From Candidatus Bathyarchaeia archaeon (GTDB taxonomy: Archaea > Thermoproteota > CALKCG01 > B24), in NCBI GenBank assembly GCA_038870975.1, contig JAVZJD010000002.1, forward strand, positions 96,001-160,000: a stretch of 64,000 bases of DNA, read 5' to 3'. Below the pieces are notes generated by a model. The model did no database searches, was not told where the DNA came from, and was given only the letters and a program-made list of their open reading frames with translations. The translations under genes and the position numbers were made by a program. Below, piece after piece: positions 49,744 to 59,484 of the stretch. The stretch's first letter is position 1. Every line of letters begins with the position of its first letter.

Positions 49744-50199
49744 AGTATGGCTTAACTGTGGAAGTATACGAGGTTGGAAACGGTGAGACCTGAAATATCA
49801 TTCTCTGAAATGCAAATAGAAAAAGGAGTTGACATCTGTCGTTGATAGTAGAGTTTTGAAGAAATTACTTTAGGCTAAAGTATTAGCGTGGCGTACAATC
49901 TATTCCTTATCAAGCGTATTTCTAACAACGTCTAGGTTAAGTGTTTCTCATCTGTGGGTAAAATATGGAAAATGGAATAAAGGCCATAATAAGCAACCCT
50001 AAATAGGACAGCAATGAATATTGTTGCAATTTTAGCTATGTATGTGCTGTTGGGAGCTCTGCAATCAAACAGCTGATAAGCAAGAAATCGAATCGTCTAG
50101 TCTTAAGATTTTCAGTCTATGATGTCTTACTGATAAATCCTTGTTTTCTCAGATAAGCTTAAATATCTGAGCTATAATCGAATATCTGGGTTTTGAGAG

Positions 50200-50457
50200 A
50201 TGTCTGAGGTTGAAGTTAGAGTTAGTAAGAAGAATACGCTCTATATTCCCAAGTCTATAGCTGAGGCTTTAAGCATTCGTGAGGGAGCGCGTCTTAAGAT
50301 GAGAGTTGAAGGAAATAAACTTGTAGCTGAAGTTATTCCTGATCCATTTTGGCTAGCGCTTAAAGGGTCAAAATTCAGCTCAACTACGTTTGAAGAGTTT
50401 GAGGAAGAATCAGAAAAAATGCAGGAGGAGATTTTTGGTGGAGAAGATACTTCTTGA
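50200..50457 (+). CDS. AbrB/MazE-family antitoxin
   Basis: VRVSKKNTLYIPKSIAEALSIREG. Confidence 0.88.
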   Translation: MSEVEVRVSKKNTLYIPKSIAEALSIREGARLKMRVEGNKLVAEVIPDPFWLALKGSKFSSTTFEEFEEESEKMQEEIFGGEDTS

Positions 50458-50884
50458 TTCAACGTATCTTCTTCCAATTGTCGGTATAGCCGTTAAAGAT
50501 GTTGAAGAGATTTTAAAAGTCCTAGAGAGACTTTATAGGGCTGACGCCATTGAACTATACTATACGCATTTCAATATTCTCGAGATAATGGGTAAGTTGA
50601 GCAGGACATGGTATGAAGTTGAAACAGTAAAAATGGGGCTTCGATCTATAATGGAGAATTTTCGGCAAGCGAGTCCAACGTATCAATCGTATGTAAAAGC
50701 TTTACAGCTTAAATCCATAGGGTTTAGAGACCTGATAGACCTTTTACTATACACAACATCGGTGGATAATGGTCTTCAATTGCTTACAAGAGATAGGAAG
50801 CTATGGGAATTCGTAAAGAAAACTGGGGAAGGCGAATCAAAGGCAATAATACTTGAGGAAGAGTTCTTGAAAGCACATCGATAA
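50438..50884 (+). CDS. VapC/PIN toxin
   Basis: ILLDSTYLLP, NILE, DLID, LLTRD; GTG start ~50438 preferred. Confidence 0.85.
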   Translation: MEKILLDSTYLLPIVGIAVKDVEEILKVLERLYRADAIELYYTHFNILEIMGKLSRTWYEVETVKMGLRSIMENFRQASPTYQSYVKALQLKSIGFRDLIDLLLYTTSVDNGLQLLTRDRKLWEFVKKTGEGESKAIILEEEFLKAHR

Positions 50885-50933
50885 CGTAAAACACATATAG
50901 AGGAACTTGAGGGTCAAGTAGTGAAGCATCCTC

Positions 50934-51417
50934 TTGAAAATTGGAGCGTTCTTGCCAGTTATAAACCAACCACCGGGTCCTACAATAAGCGTGAATTGGG
51001 ATAATGTTCGGAGGGCGGCTGAAAGGGATCGGCTTGAAGGACAGCTACCTCTAAGCTGGGGATATCATGGTGGTGCCCCGTTTTTTAAGAGACTTCACTA
51101 TATTAGAGGGTTTAAAAACCCCTTGATCGACTTTATGACGGACCCGCCGGAGCTACATAAGCCCATTGATATGGTTTTAGAATATAATTATGAAACTAAT
51201 AAATGGTTAGAAATTAATTTAGATGTTATGGGTTTTGGGGATGACTTTGGAACGCAAAATCTTTAATGATAAGCCCAAAGGTCTTCAAGAGATATCTGAA
51301 GTCCGGATATTCTCAGATGTTTAGTCCTTGCAGACAGGCTAATGAGCATATTCGCTTTCACTCTGATGACCATATTCTTGAAATCATTGATGACCTTGTT
51401 GAGATTGGAGTTGATAT
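50934..51417 (+). pseudogene. UroD-superfamily internal remnant
   Basis: FKRLHYIRGF...GDDFGTQ...ISP...FHSD..I.EIIDDLVEIGVDI, frameshifted and fused to the integrase tail. Confidence 0.75.
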
Positions 51418-51561
51418 TATACGCAATTGATTAACGTTGAAGAAGACGAATACATCTGTAAAGCGGCGAAAACCGTCGAGCAGGCGTCAAGCCTCATAGA
51501 GGCCGGGTTCGAGTATGTATGTGATATCGAAGGTGTCAAGCTATTCAGAAAGAGGAAGTAG
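51418..51561 (+). pseudogene. Tyrosine integrase C-terminal remnant
   Basis: YTQLINVEEDEYICKAAKTVEQASSLIEAGFEYVCDIEGVKLFRKRK*; ~40 bp from the tRNA 3' end. Confidence 0.8.
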
Positions 51562-51599
51562 ACGTAAGGTGGATAAGCGCTGGTGTTTTATCCAAACGA

Positions 51600-51677
51600 T
51601 GGTGGGGCCGCTGGGATTTGAACCCAGGACCGCCAGCGCCCCAGGCTGGTATCCTAGCCATGCTAGACGACGGCCCC
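51600..51677 (-). tRNA. tRNA-Pro(GGG), intronless, CCA encoded
   Basis: GGGGCCG acceptor stem, CCAGC-CTGGGGC-GCTGG anticodon arm, GGTTCAAATCC T arm, ends ACCA. Confidence 0.97.
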
Positions 51678-51756
51678 TTTCTTCAATCTGTTAAGCTGGA
51701 TGTGGGGGTTTATAAGAGTTGTCTTCATATTTTGAGCGTTTGTTGATACTAGCTTT

Positions 51757-52515
51757 TTATAGTCCAAGCCTCCCTATTAGATTGTATAATGCTTCTTTAG
51801 ACGGCCTACTCTTGTAGTTTCTAAGCCCATCTAGTATTTCCTCTCTGCTACTGTATTGGCAAAACTTCTGGATGTTTTTTGGTAAAGTCCCTCTTATGAA
51901 TAGATAGCTTACCAGTGATGAGACGTTTGAAGGTCTCCTGTTGGTGCTTGAAGAGCCGAAGTCTAAGATTATTGGCTCGTTGTTGGATTTAACGAGTATG
52001 TGTTTTGAAGCTCTACTCAGCTCCCCATGGTCAAGTCCAACCGCATCAAGCCTATATGCATCTAGTATTAATTTAAACAGCGCCCTCCTAACAACGTCAC
52101 TATCCGTCTGTGTATTCATCCATTCTAGTATCGGCTTACCATCCACAAGCTCCATAAGTATCATATCGCTGTTGTAGGATACTAGCTTCGGACCTACGGA
52201 TACGCTATTAGCTATCTTCATATTCTCAGCCTCACTTTTAAGGCTGGGTATTGATGAATCTAGCCGTCTAATCTTAAGAGCATATGTATAGCCTGAAACC
52301 CAGGCTTTAATGATTACACTTCTCGTACCTTTGCCGAGTAGATTCACATTGGAAACTTCCTTGGAGCCTGTAAATTCGATCAAGTTTACTCCAAGCCTTT
52401 TAACCGCTTCGATTCTACGCTTTAAAACTTCAACGTCTCTACGAGGATACGTTAATATGAAGCCCTCCTCAAGAGTTAGTAAACTATCGGGCTTTAACAT
52501 CACGGGCTTCATCAA
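51757..52515 (-). CDS. Archaeal Ser/Thr protein kinase (RIO/Bud32-like)
   Basis: LGKG, ALKIRR, DHGELS, ILDFG; overlaps cca. Confidence 0.85.
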   Translation of the reverse strand: MMKPVMLKPDSLLTLEEGFILTYPRRDVEVLKRRIEAVKRLGVNLIEFTGSKEVSNVNLLGKGTRSVIIKAWVSGYTYALKIRRLDSSIPSLKSEAENMKIANSVSVGPKLVSYNSDMILMELVDGKPILEWMNTQTDSDVVRRALFKLILDAYRLDAVGLDHGELSRASKHILVKSNNEPIILDFGSSSTNRRPSNVSSLVSYLFIRGTLPKNIQKFCQYSSREEILDGLRNYKSRPSKEALYNLIGRLGL

Positions 52516-53959
52516 AATTAGCTTCAGCCTCCTCCAGCCACACTTTTAACCAGATGGGTAATCCGTCTAAGAATTCGGAGATAAATAGATTGAAGTCGGC
52601 GTTTACACTCATCGTATTCCAAAGCTCTGTATTCTTCAACACTTTAAACCCCCTTCCGATGGCTTCAGCGACCTTCCCTCTGACGCCTACTGAAATCCCC
52701 CCATCCACTTTGAGAAAGTATTCAAGTAGGTCTTTCACGTCTCTAAACCTCCTCTCAACTTCAACAAATAGTCTATCGCCTTCGATCCAAGGACCGGTTG
52801 AAGTCGCACGTTTTCCAAGATGCTTGCTTAAGAAGTTCCAAAACTCCTCTGAGAAGACGGGTGGACCCATGTGTAGCTTTAAACGGCTTAATGTGGAGCT
52901 TTCAAGCTCAAATAGGAGGACGGTTAATCCATGCTCATCAGTCCACGCTTTAGCTCTGTAGACTTTGAAACCCCAGTTTTCAAGTAAAGCCCTCAAAGAA
53001 TCTAAAGTTCTATACAACTGCCCCCATAGAACATCTGGAACCGCTTCAACAGCTCCAAAACTGACAGCTACAAGGTCTAAACCTCTACTTTCAAGCCTCC
53101 TCTTAAGAGACTCCTCTGTAAGCTTCACAGGCTTCGGAGGGTCGAAGAATACTCTCAAGGGTTTTCTGAGGAAGCATTTTGAAGCCACTATGAAGCTACA
53201 TAGGGTTTCCAGTCTAACGGCGGCTGCAACGTTCCTATTTGAATCCACCGGGTCTACTAGTACTAGGGGGTGTTGAAACTTCTTCTTAGCTTCTCCCAAT
53301 CTACCGCGGTAATATCCACCGATGTCTATTATCGTCCGCCTACCCCATTTTGAAGCCGCCTCTAAAGTTTTAATGAAATCGCCGTAATTGACTATTAAGA
53401 GCTCGCACAGATATCCGCTGAAGCCTCCAGTTTTAATATCAGCTCCATAGACACCAATACCCTTGGTAAACTTCTTTAAAAGCCTAACCTGGTCTAAGGC
53501 TTCACCGCTCAATCTGCTTTTAATATACTCTGTGTGGTAGGGGGTTCTATCTACAGCCGTCAACCACTTACCGGGCTCAGCTCTATAGCATGGAACAACA
53601 TCCACCCTAATTCCGTCGATCCACCCCTCCACGTATGGGTGGTCTGCGTACCTCTCAATCCATCTGCCTCCGAGGTCTTCAAATACCCTCTTAGCAGCTT
53701 TCAACCCTCCAGATATTAACTCTTCCCTAGGTATGCTCTTATCGGCCATGAGGAAAATGTCCAGGTCTACATCTCCTTTAAGCCACGTCCCTTTAGCCAC
53801 GGAGCCGTATATTTCAACCTCTACATTCAGCCCCAAAGCCTTCGTCTCAGACTTGAGAGCATTCGTAATCTTCTCAGAGACTTCTCTAACCTTCTGCTCA
53901 TCCTCAGGACTTGGTTTAACCTCCCTGAGGATGCTGTTTAAAAGCTCTTCAACCGTCAC
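52484..53959 (-). CDS. cca: CCA-adding tRNA nucleotidyltransferase (archaeal class I)
   Basis: GSVAKGTWL..D.D.DIF, YA.HPY, AVDRTPYH, GFSGYLCELL, DPVD..RNVAAA. Confidence 0.95.
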   Translation of the reverse strand: MTVEELLNSILREVKPSPEDEQKVREVSEKITNALKSETKALGLNVEVEIYGSVAKGTWLKGDVDLDIFLMADKSIPREELISGGLKAAKRVFEDLGGRWIERYADHPYVEGWIDGIRVDVVPCYRAEPGKWLTAVDRTPYHTEYIKSRLSGEALDQVRLLKKFTKGIGVYGADIKTGGFSGYLCELLIVNYGDFIKTLEAASKWGRRTIIDIGGYYRGRLGEAKKKFQHPLVLVDPVDSNRNVAAAVRLETLCSFIVASKCFLRKPLRVFFDPPKPVKLTEESLKRRLESRGLDLVAVSFGAVEAVPDVLWGQLYRTLDSLRALLENWGFKVYRAKAWTDEHGLTVLLFELESSTLSRLKLHMGPPVFSEEFWNFLSKHLGKRATSTGPWIEGDRLFVEVERRFRDVKDLLEYFLKVDGGISVGVRGKVAEAIGRGFKVLKNTELWNTMSVNADFNLFISEFLDGLPIWLKVWLEEAEANFDEARDVKAR

Positions 53960-54519
53960 GTGCCCGCCTTTACCTCCATAATAGTTGTGTAAATAGGGCC
54001 TTTAGAAGTTAAAGTACTCCTTTTAAGTCTGACAGACTTTACATCAGTATAGCCGAAGGAAGTATCACGGTATTCATCTAAAAGCTTAGCTAAGCCTGGT
54101 TTATTCCTGACGGCTTTAACCCTAGCTATGGTTAAATGGGGTGAGAATTCCTCCACTCCGAAACCAAGCCTTTTAAGAATCCCATTGACTTGATTATGCA
54201 GGTCTTCAAGTTTTTCTACACCTTCTCCAACACCAACCCATACAACTCTCACGTAGCTGAGGCTTGGAAAGACACCTAAACCTTTAAACTCTATCTTAAA
54301 CGGTTTAAAACTCAAACTCTTCAACCCATCCATTACCCGTTTAACCGCCTGCTGCGGCAGCTCACCTAGAAACCTCAACGTAAGATGCATATTCTCCACT
54401 TCAACCGTTTTAACGATATTCTCTGTCTCCTCAACCTTCTTCTGAAGGTTTTGAACGACCTGTAGTATACTGCTATCTTCAACGTCGACCGATATGAAAC
54501 ATCTAATAACCTCTGTCAA
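53956..54519 (-). CDS. thpR: RNA 2',3'-cyclic phosphodiesterase / 2'-5' RNA ligase
   Basis: Two HxT motifs (HLTLRFLG, PHLTIAR), GPIY. Confidence 0.92.
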   Translation of the reverse strand: MTEVIRCFISVDVEDSSILQVVQNLQKKVEETENIVKTVEVENMHLTLRFLGELPQQAVKRVMDGLKSLSFKPFKIEFKGLGVFPSLSYVRVVWVGVGEGVEKLEDLHNQVNGILKRLGFGVEEFSPHLTIARVKAVRNKPGLAKLLDEYRDTSFGYTDVKSVRLKRSTLTSKGPIYTTIMEVKAGT

Positions 54520-54986
54520 GCTTCCAATCCCCAGGGACCACTATGCTTAATTCTATATTGAAGGGTTAAGATGCTTATTAGTATTTGCAGTTGAAACGTT
54601 ATCAATGGCCTTCTGATGTTTGGATTATAAAGTGAGAATAAACGCTTTTAGAAAGTCACCAATTTAATCATCGACAACGGAAATCGAGATTTACGAGCTA
54701 TAAGGAATCGTCACGTAAAAGCTAAAGACTTACGACTTTCCCATAGGTTGAATCTCTATTCAAACAAAGCTCTATTTACACTAGCGAAACGAGAAATGAT
54801 TAAACCCATGGCGAAGCAAGCACCCCCTCTCTATTATGGCAATCGAATAACAACCTCCCATCCCCATGAATCGTATTAATATTGAAACCCCCTACTCCTC
54901 AGCTGAGCAATCCTTAAATATGAAAGCCCAAGGCTACCTACTGCAAGCAATCGTAAACCCAGGAGGTTGCTTACAGACTTAACCAG

Positions 54987-55052
54987 CCCCCCATCCATCT
55001 ATACCTTCTCCCCCAACTCTTCTAGAAACGGGGGAATAAGGTATGGGGGGGG
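54987..55052. repeat. Long imperfect dyad in intergenic DNA
   Basis: CCCCCC...ATACCTTCTCCCCC-AACTC-TTCTAGAA-AC-GGGGGAATAAGGTAT-GGGGGGGG. Confidence 0.7.
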
Positions 55053-55061
55053 TCTAAACCT

Positions 55062-55105
55062 CCATAAAAAACAACCATAAAATCCTCCATAAAATATCCA
55101 TAAAA
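55062..55105 (+). repeat. Four CCATAAAA direct repeats
   Basis: Copies start at 55062, 55075, 55087, 55098. Confidence 0.75.
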
Positions 55106-55263
55106 ACGCATATTGGAGAAGAATGCAACTTCACCACGAAATAGAAACGTTGAATATTCTTCAGATGAATGACTGAAGGATACCTTAAACAGGTCTAGAA
55201 CAATCTACACTTGAGGATGAGAAAGTATTTTTAAGGCCTTCATCATAAGTTCAATGTTCGCAG

Positions 55264-55827
55264 TTGAAAATCGATAAAGTATGTATAGGACTCGCTGGCT
55301 ACCCAGGCTCAGGTAAAACCCTCTTAGCCTCTGAAGCCGTGAAAAGAGGTATACCAGTTTTAAACATGGGAGACGTCGTTAGAGAAGAAGCTTTAAGAAG
55401 AGGACTTCAACCGACGAGGGAGAATATGACTCTACTCATGTGGAGGCTTAGAAGTGAAGAAGGACCTCTAGCAGTAGCTAAGAGAATCTTAGAGAAGAGT
55501 AGATGTTTCAGGGAGCACATGATAGTAGTCGACGGTCTTAGAACAATCGATGAAATGTCATTCTTCAGGGAAAACTTTAAAAAATTCATACTAGTGGTTG
55601 TCGATGCCTCGAAGGAGGAGAGGTTTAAACGGCTATCCAAACGGGGCAGAAGCGACGACCCTAAGGACATTCAAGACCTTGAAGATAGAGATAGAGCCGA
55701 GGATGCTCTAGGATTATCTGAGCTTCTGAAGAAGGGAGATAAGATAATACTTAACGAAGGACCACCTGAGAAAGCCTTAGAAGAATTCAAACGAATACTC
55801 GAAGATGTAGCCAGGTTAAACAGTTAA
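55264..55827 (+). CDS. UPF0200 P-loop kinase (dephospho-CoA kinase-like)
   Basis: GYPGSGKT, MGDVVREE, VDGLR, RGRSDD. Confidence 0.85.
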   Translation: MKIDKVCIGLAGYPGSGKTLLASEAVKRGIPVLNMGDVVREEALRRGLQPTRENMTLLMWRLRSEEGPLAVAKRILEKSRCFREHMIVVDGLRTIDEMSFFRENFKKFILVVVDASKEERFKRLSKRGRSDDPKDIQDLEDRDRAEDALGLSELLKKGDKIILNEGPPEKALEEFKRILEDVARLNS

Positions 55828-55830
55828 GCC

Positions 55831-56286
55831 TTGGGAAAACGTTTTTCTATAGGGATCACAATAAAGAATCCGTTAAAAATGTACAAGAACGTCAAAATCA
55901 AGATTAGAGCCGAGCTCAACCCAACGGAAGACCCTGCTAAAGTTGAGAAAGCCATACGTAACATAGTTCCCTCCGCCCAGACAAGGCTCATTGAGGAAAC
56001 AGGCTTTAAATATGTAGTTGGAGAAGCTGAAGGCTTAGAGGCTTTAGAACATATGAAAGCTATGCTTAAAGCGAGACGTATAAGAGATGCCGCTAGAGTA
56101 GTTATGTTGAAGTGGATGGAGCCCAATAGAGCGGTAATATTTCTCAATAAACAAGTTGCATTCGCCGGGAATATATCGTTCTCAGAACCCTATGGAGAAT
56201 CTCCTCTAGGACCGATAAGACTGGAAATTGAAGCAGACGACCCTAAGAGTATAATAAACTGGCTGACGTCGAAAGAATCTACTTAG
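55831..56286 (+). CDS. UPF0201 RNA-binding protein
   Basis: PTED..KVEKAI.N, IRDAAR, LNKQVA..G.I, PLGPI; start may be downstream. Confidence 0.85.
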   Translation: MGKRFSIGITIKNPLKMYKNVKIKIRAELNPTEDPAKVEKAIRNIVPSAQTRLIEETGFKYVVGEAEGLEALEHMKAMLKARRIRDAARVVMLKWMEPNRAVIFLNKQVAFAGNISFSEPYGESPLGPIRLEIEADDPKSIINWLTSKEST

Positions 56287-57202
56287 GCCTTTGAACAACT
56301 ATCTCCATAAGGTCTTCAGCTATAACCGTATTACTGAAGACCTTCCTAGCCTGTTCTAGTAGAAGCGTTGTTTCACTGTATCTAGCAGATATATGCGTTA
56401 AAGCGAGTTTAGATACATTAGCCAATCTAGCTACTTCAGCAGCCTCGACTACAGTACTATGCCCTTCAAGTCTAGCCTTATCTTTAAGTTCTCCATCAAA
56501 AGTAGCCTCATGTATAAGTAGATCTGCATTAGCCGCGAGCTTTACAAGCTTCATAGATGGACGTGTATCACCACTATAAACTATTTTCAAACCTCTTCTA
56601 GGAGGTCCTAGTACGCTTTCAGGAGTTATAACCCTCCCATCGTCGAGTGTTACAGAAAGACCCCTCTGAAGCTTTTTCCATAGAGGGCCTTCGGGAATAC
56701 CTAAGGCTAAAGCCTTCTCCCTGTAGAATCTACCCGGTCTAGGGTCTTCCACTATACTGTATGAGAAGTTTTGAACACTATGATCCGTCTCAACGGCTTG
56801 AACACTGTAATCTAGGCCTCTACAAACATCCCCTTCTGAGACGCTGTACACTTCTAATGGATAATTGAGTCCAACGACAACCGTTTCAATTACATGCTCT
56901 AGGAATTCTTTAAGCTTTTGAGGACCGTAGATTTGAAGAGGCTTAACCCTACCCATTATAGACATCGTTTGTAGAAGCCCCGGTAGCCCTAGAATGTGGT
57001 CGCTATGCATATGCGATATGAATACCTTCATCGGCCTTCCAAACCCCAACCCAGCTTTAATCATCTGCCTCTGTGTTCCCTCACCGCAGTCGAACATCAG
57101 AAGCTCCCCCTCTCTTTGAACGACTAGAGAAGGCATACCCCTCTTAACGGTAGGTACGCTTCCAGATGTTCCAAGGAAGATTACTTTAACGCTCAACCTC
57201 AA
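56279..57202 (-). CDS. rnz: Ribonuclease Z
   Basis: FLGT, DCGEGTQ, SHMHSDH, YSGDT, HEATF, HST, THISARY. Confidence 0.95.
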   Translation of the reverse strand: MRLSVKVIFLGTSGSVPTVKRGMPSLVVQREGELLMFDCGEGTQRQMIKAGLGFGRPMKVFISHMHSDHILGLPGLLQTMSIMGRVKPLQIYGPQKLKEFLEHVIETVVVGLNYPLEVYSVSEGDVCRGLDYSVQAVETDHSVQNFSYSIVEDPRPGRFYREKALALGIPEGPLWKKLQRGLSVTLDDGRVITPESVLGPPRRGLKIVYSGDTRPSMKLVKLAANADLLIHEATFDGELKDKARLEGHSTVVEAAEVARLANVSKLALTHISARYSETTLLLEQARKVFSNTVIAEDLMEIVVQRPK

Positions 57203-57378
57203 CCCCTCGTTAGTTTTAACTGTCCTCCCATATTGGATGCATAAGCTTTAAATAATACCATTTTCAATACTCTTAAATCTATAGTTAAGCTATTTCAAAC
57301 CCCGCTCGTTTAAATCAGATTCGAAACCAATAATAGTAGGTCCTTACTCTACTTACACATAGGAGGGTTTACCTACCC

Positions 57379-58425
57379 TTGAAGGAAGCTTACCTATACA
57401 ATTCCTTAAATGGTCAAGTCCAATGCAATCTATGCGCTAGAAGATGCACTATTCCAAACGGTGGAGTAGGCTTCTGCGGCGTCCGTAAAAACATAGATGG
57501 AAAGCTCTACAGTTTAGTCTACGGTAAAGCTGTAGCGGCGGCTGCAGACCCGATTATGAAGAAGCCCCTATATCATTTCCACCCCGGCTCTTCAGTCATG
57601 AGCATAGCTACGGTAGGTTGCAACTTCAGATGCCGCTACTGCGATAACTGGGTCATAAGCCAAGATAGAGAGGCTAAGGGTATGGACCTGCCTCCTAGTA
57701 AAGTCGTTCAACTGGCCTTAGAATACGATTGTCAGGGTATAAGCTATACTTACACAGAGCCTACGATATTCATGGAGTATGCTTACGATACTGCTAAACT
57801 CGCTAGAGAGAAGGGACTGTTCAACACGTTTGTAACAAATGGATATATGACTCCTGAAGCCGTGGAATTCATATCCCCCCTCCTAGACGCAGCCACCGTA
57901 GATTTCAAAGGTTCAGCCAACCCAGAGTTTTACAAAACCTTAGCCGCTGTACTGGATGTAGAGCCTATATACGACTGTTTAAAGGCTTTGAAGAGAAGAG
58001 ATGTACATATTGAAATAACCGACCTCATAGTTACAAAGTATGGAGACTCCACAGACGACCTTAAAGCATTGGCTAGCTGGATCAAAGATAACCTCGGACC
58101 AGATACGCCATTCCACATATTGAGGTTTCACCCAGATTATAAGCTCACCGATGTTCCATCAACTCCCTTAAATACGCTTGAGAAGGCCTATGAAACCGCT
58201 AGAGATGTAGGGCTACACTACGTCTACCTTGGAAACGTACCGGGGCACAAGTACGAACATACCTACTGTCCAAACTGTGGCGAACGAGTCATCGAAAGAT
58301 TCGGCTTCTACGTCTCTAGGTGGCTTCTAACGAAGGATAAAAAGTGTCCAAATTGCGGATGGAGTATACCTATAAAAGGAGTTTATCATCCCGGTGGTTT
58401 GGAATACCACATGCCAGTCATATAG
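57379..58425 (+). CDS. amrS: AmmeMemoRadiSam system radical SAM enzyme
   Basis: CNLCARRC, DPI.KKPLYHFHPG, GCNFRCRYCDN, YTYTEP. Confidence 0.92.
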   Translation: MKEAYLYNSLNGQVQCNLCARRCTIPNGGVGFCGVRKNIDGKLYSLVYGKAVAAAADPIMKKPLYHFHPGSSVMSIATVGCNFRCRYCDNWVISQDREAKGMDLPPSKVVQLALEYDCQGISYTYTEPTIFMEYAYDTAKLAREKGLFNTFVTNGYMTPEAVEFISPLLDAATVDFKGSANPEFYKTLAAVLDVEPIYDCLKALKRRDVHIEITDLIVTKYGDSTDDLKALASWIKDNLGPDTPFHILRFHPDYKLTDVPSTPLNTLEKAYETARDVGLHYVYLGNVPGHKYEHTYCPNCGERVIERFGFYVSRWLLTKDKKCPNCGWSIPIKGVYHPGGLEYHMPVI

Positions 58426-59467
58426 CTTCTCTAGGTCTTCTAAGCTCTGGCGGTGGGAGTCTAGTAAACTCATAGTGCGGCTCATTTTGATACCAATACG
58501 CTATACTAGACCAGTCATCGCTTCTATCATTGGCATGTCCATGCTCAATGGTTACTTTAATCGACCTCCTGAAGAATATAGGGTCTTCTATGTGAAACCT
58601 ATACATTGACGATGGCCCAGTCCAATCTGGGTTGCCCATGAGTGGAAAACCGTGGAAGGGGCCATAGAATTCTCTGTTGAAACCCCAAGCTGACCCAATG
58701 TAGTCTTCAGTCCCCGTTCCATGTATAGAGGGCGGCCATTTCTCTCCGTCTACGAATATCATGTCGTCTCCTTCACCCCACCATCCAGGTTTAAGCCCAT
58801 AGACACTCAAGATGCATCCAACATATCTTCCACGCCCGTAAGCTTCAAGTACTAGGTAGTTGCCTTCTCCACTGGTATTCTTCCCCTCTTCACCTGGAGG
58901 ATAATACTCCGCCTCCGTCGGATTTTCCCTTCTCCATTTAGCGTGAAATCTAAGCATATTCCCATCTAAGACTGGCAGTTCTTCATAGTCTATATGGTAG
59001 TAGAAAGCGTTAACTGGTTTATCGCTTTGATTTTCAATTTCTATCCTCGCATTCTTGGAGAAGGGCATGGGGAAGTAGCAGTTGAAGCCTTTATCGCAGG
59101 TCATGGTAACTGGTAAAGATATGAAATGTTTAGCAACTCCATGACCGATTCCAAAGAAGTCTCCTATTGGTGTTTCAACACTCGGATTTGGCTCCCCATC
59201 CCAGTACATTCTTAGGACTATACTCCTCAGGTAGTACTTGTCCTCAGCGGCTATAGTACACCATACATGTCTAATTATACCAGTGCCATCTATATCTGCT
59301 AAGACTTTAGTCTCCCACGGTTTAACAACTATAAAGTCTTTATTACCCCCAGTCCTATCGAAACTTGAAACCCTCTTAGGGTAAGACTCACGGTAGTATG
59401 GTAATGCAGCTAAACCGCCTAGGATATACGGAGGTATGCCCATGAACGATAAATAGAGTATCTCCAC
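58418..59467 (-). CDS. DUF2961 / GH172 family glycoside hydrolase
   Basis: SSFDRTGGNKD, PIGDFFG, WWGEGD, HGTGTEDY, YRFHIEDPI, IEHGHAN. Confidence 0.9.
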   Translation of the reverse strand: MEILYLSFMGIPPYILGGLAALPYYRESYPKRVSSFDRTGGNKDFIVVKPWETKVLADIDGTGIIRHVWCTIAAEDKYYLRSIVLRMYWDGEPNPSVETPIGDFFGIGHGVAKHFISLPVTMTCDKGFNCYFPMPFSKNARIEIENQSDKPVNAFYYHIDYEELPVLDGNMLRFHAKWRRENPTEAEYYPPGEEGKNTSGEGNYLVLEAYGRGRYVGCILSVYGLKPGWWGEGDDMIFVDGEKWPPSIHGTGTEDYIGSAWGFNREFYGPFHGFPLMGNPDWTGPSSMYRFHIEDPIFFRRSIKVTIEHGHANDRSDDWSSIAYWYQNEPHYEFTRLPPPELRRPREAI

Positions 59468-59484
59468 TCTTTAAATTTTTACCT

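Larger units (their letters stand above)
39353..51626. mobile_element. Degenerate integrated element/genomic island at tRNA-Pro(GGG)
   Basis: Flanking direct repeat of the tRNA 3' end, integrase remnant adjacent to the tRNA, accessory cargo and many pseudogenes. Confidence 0.75.
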
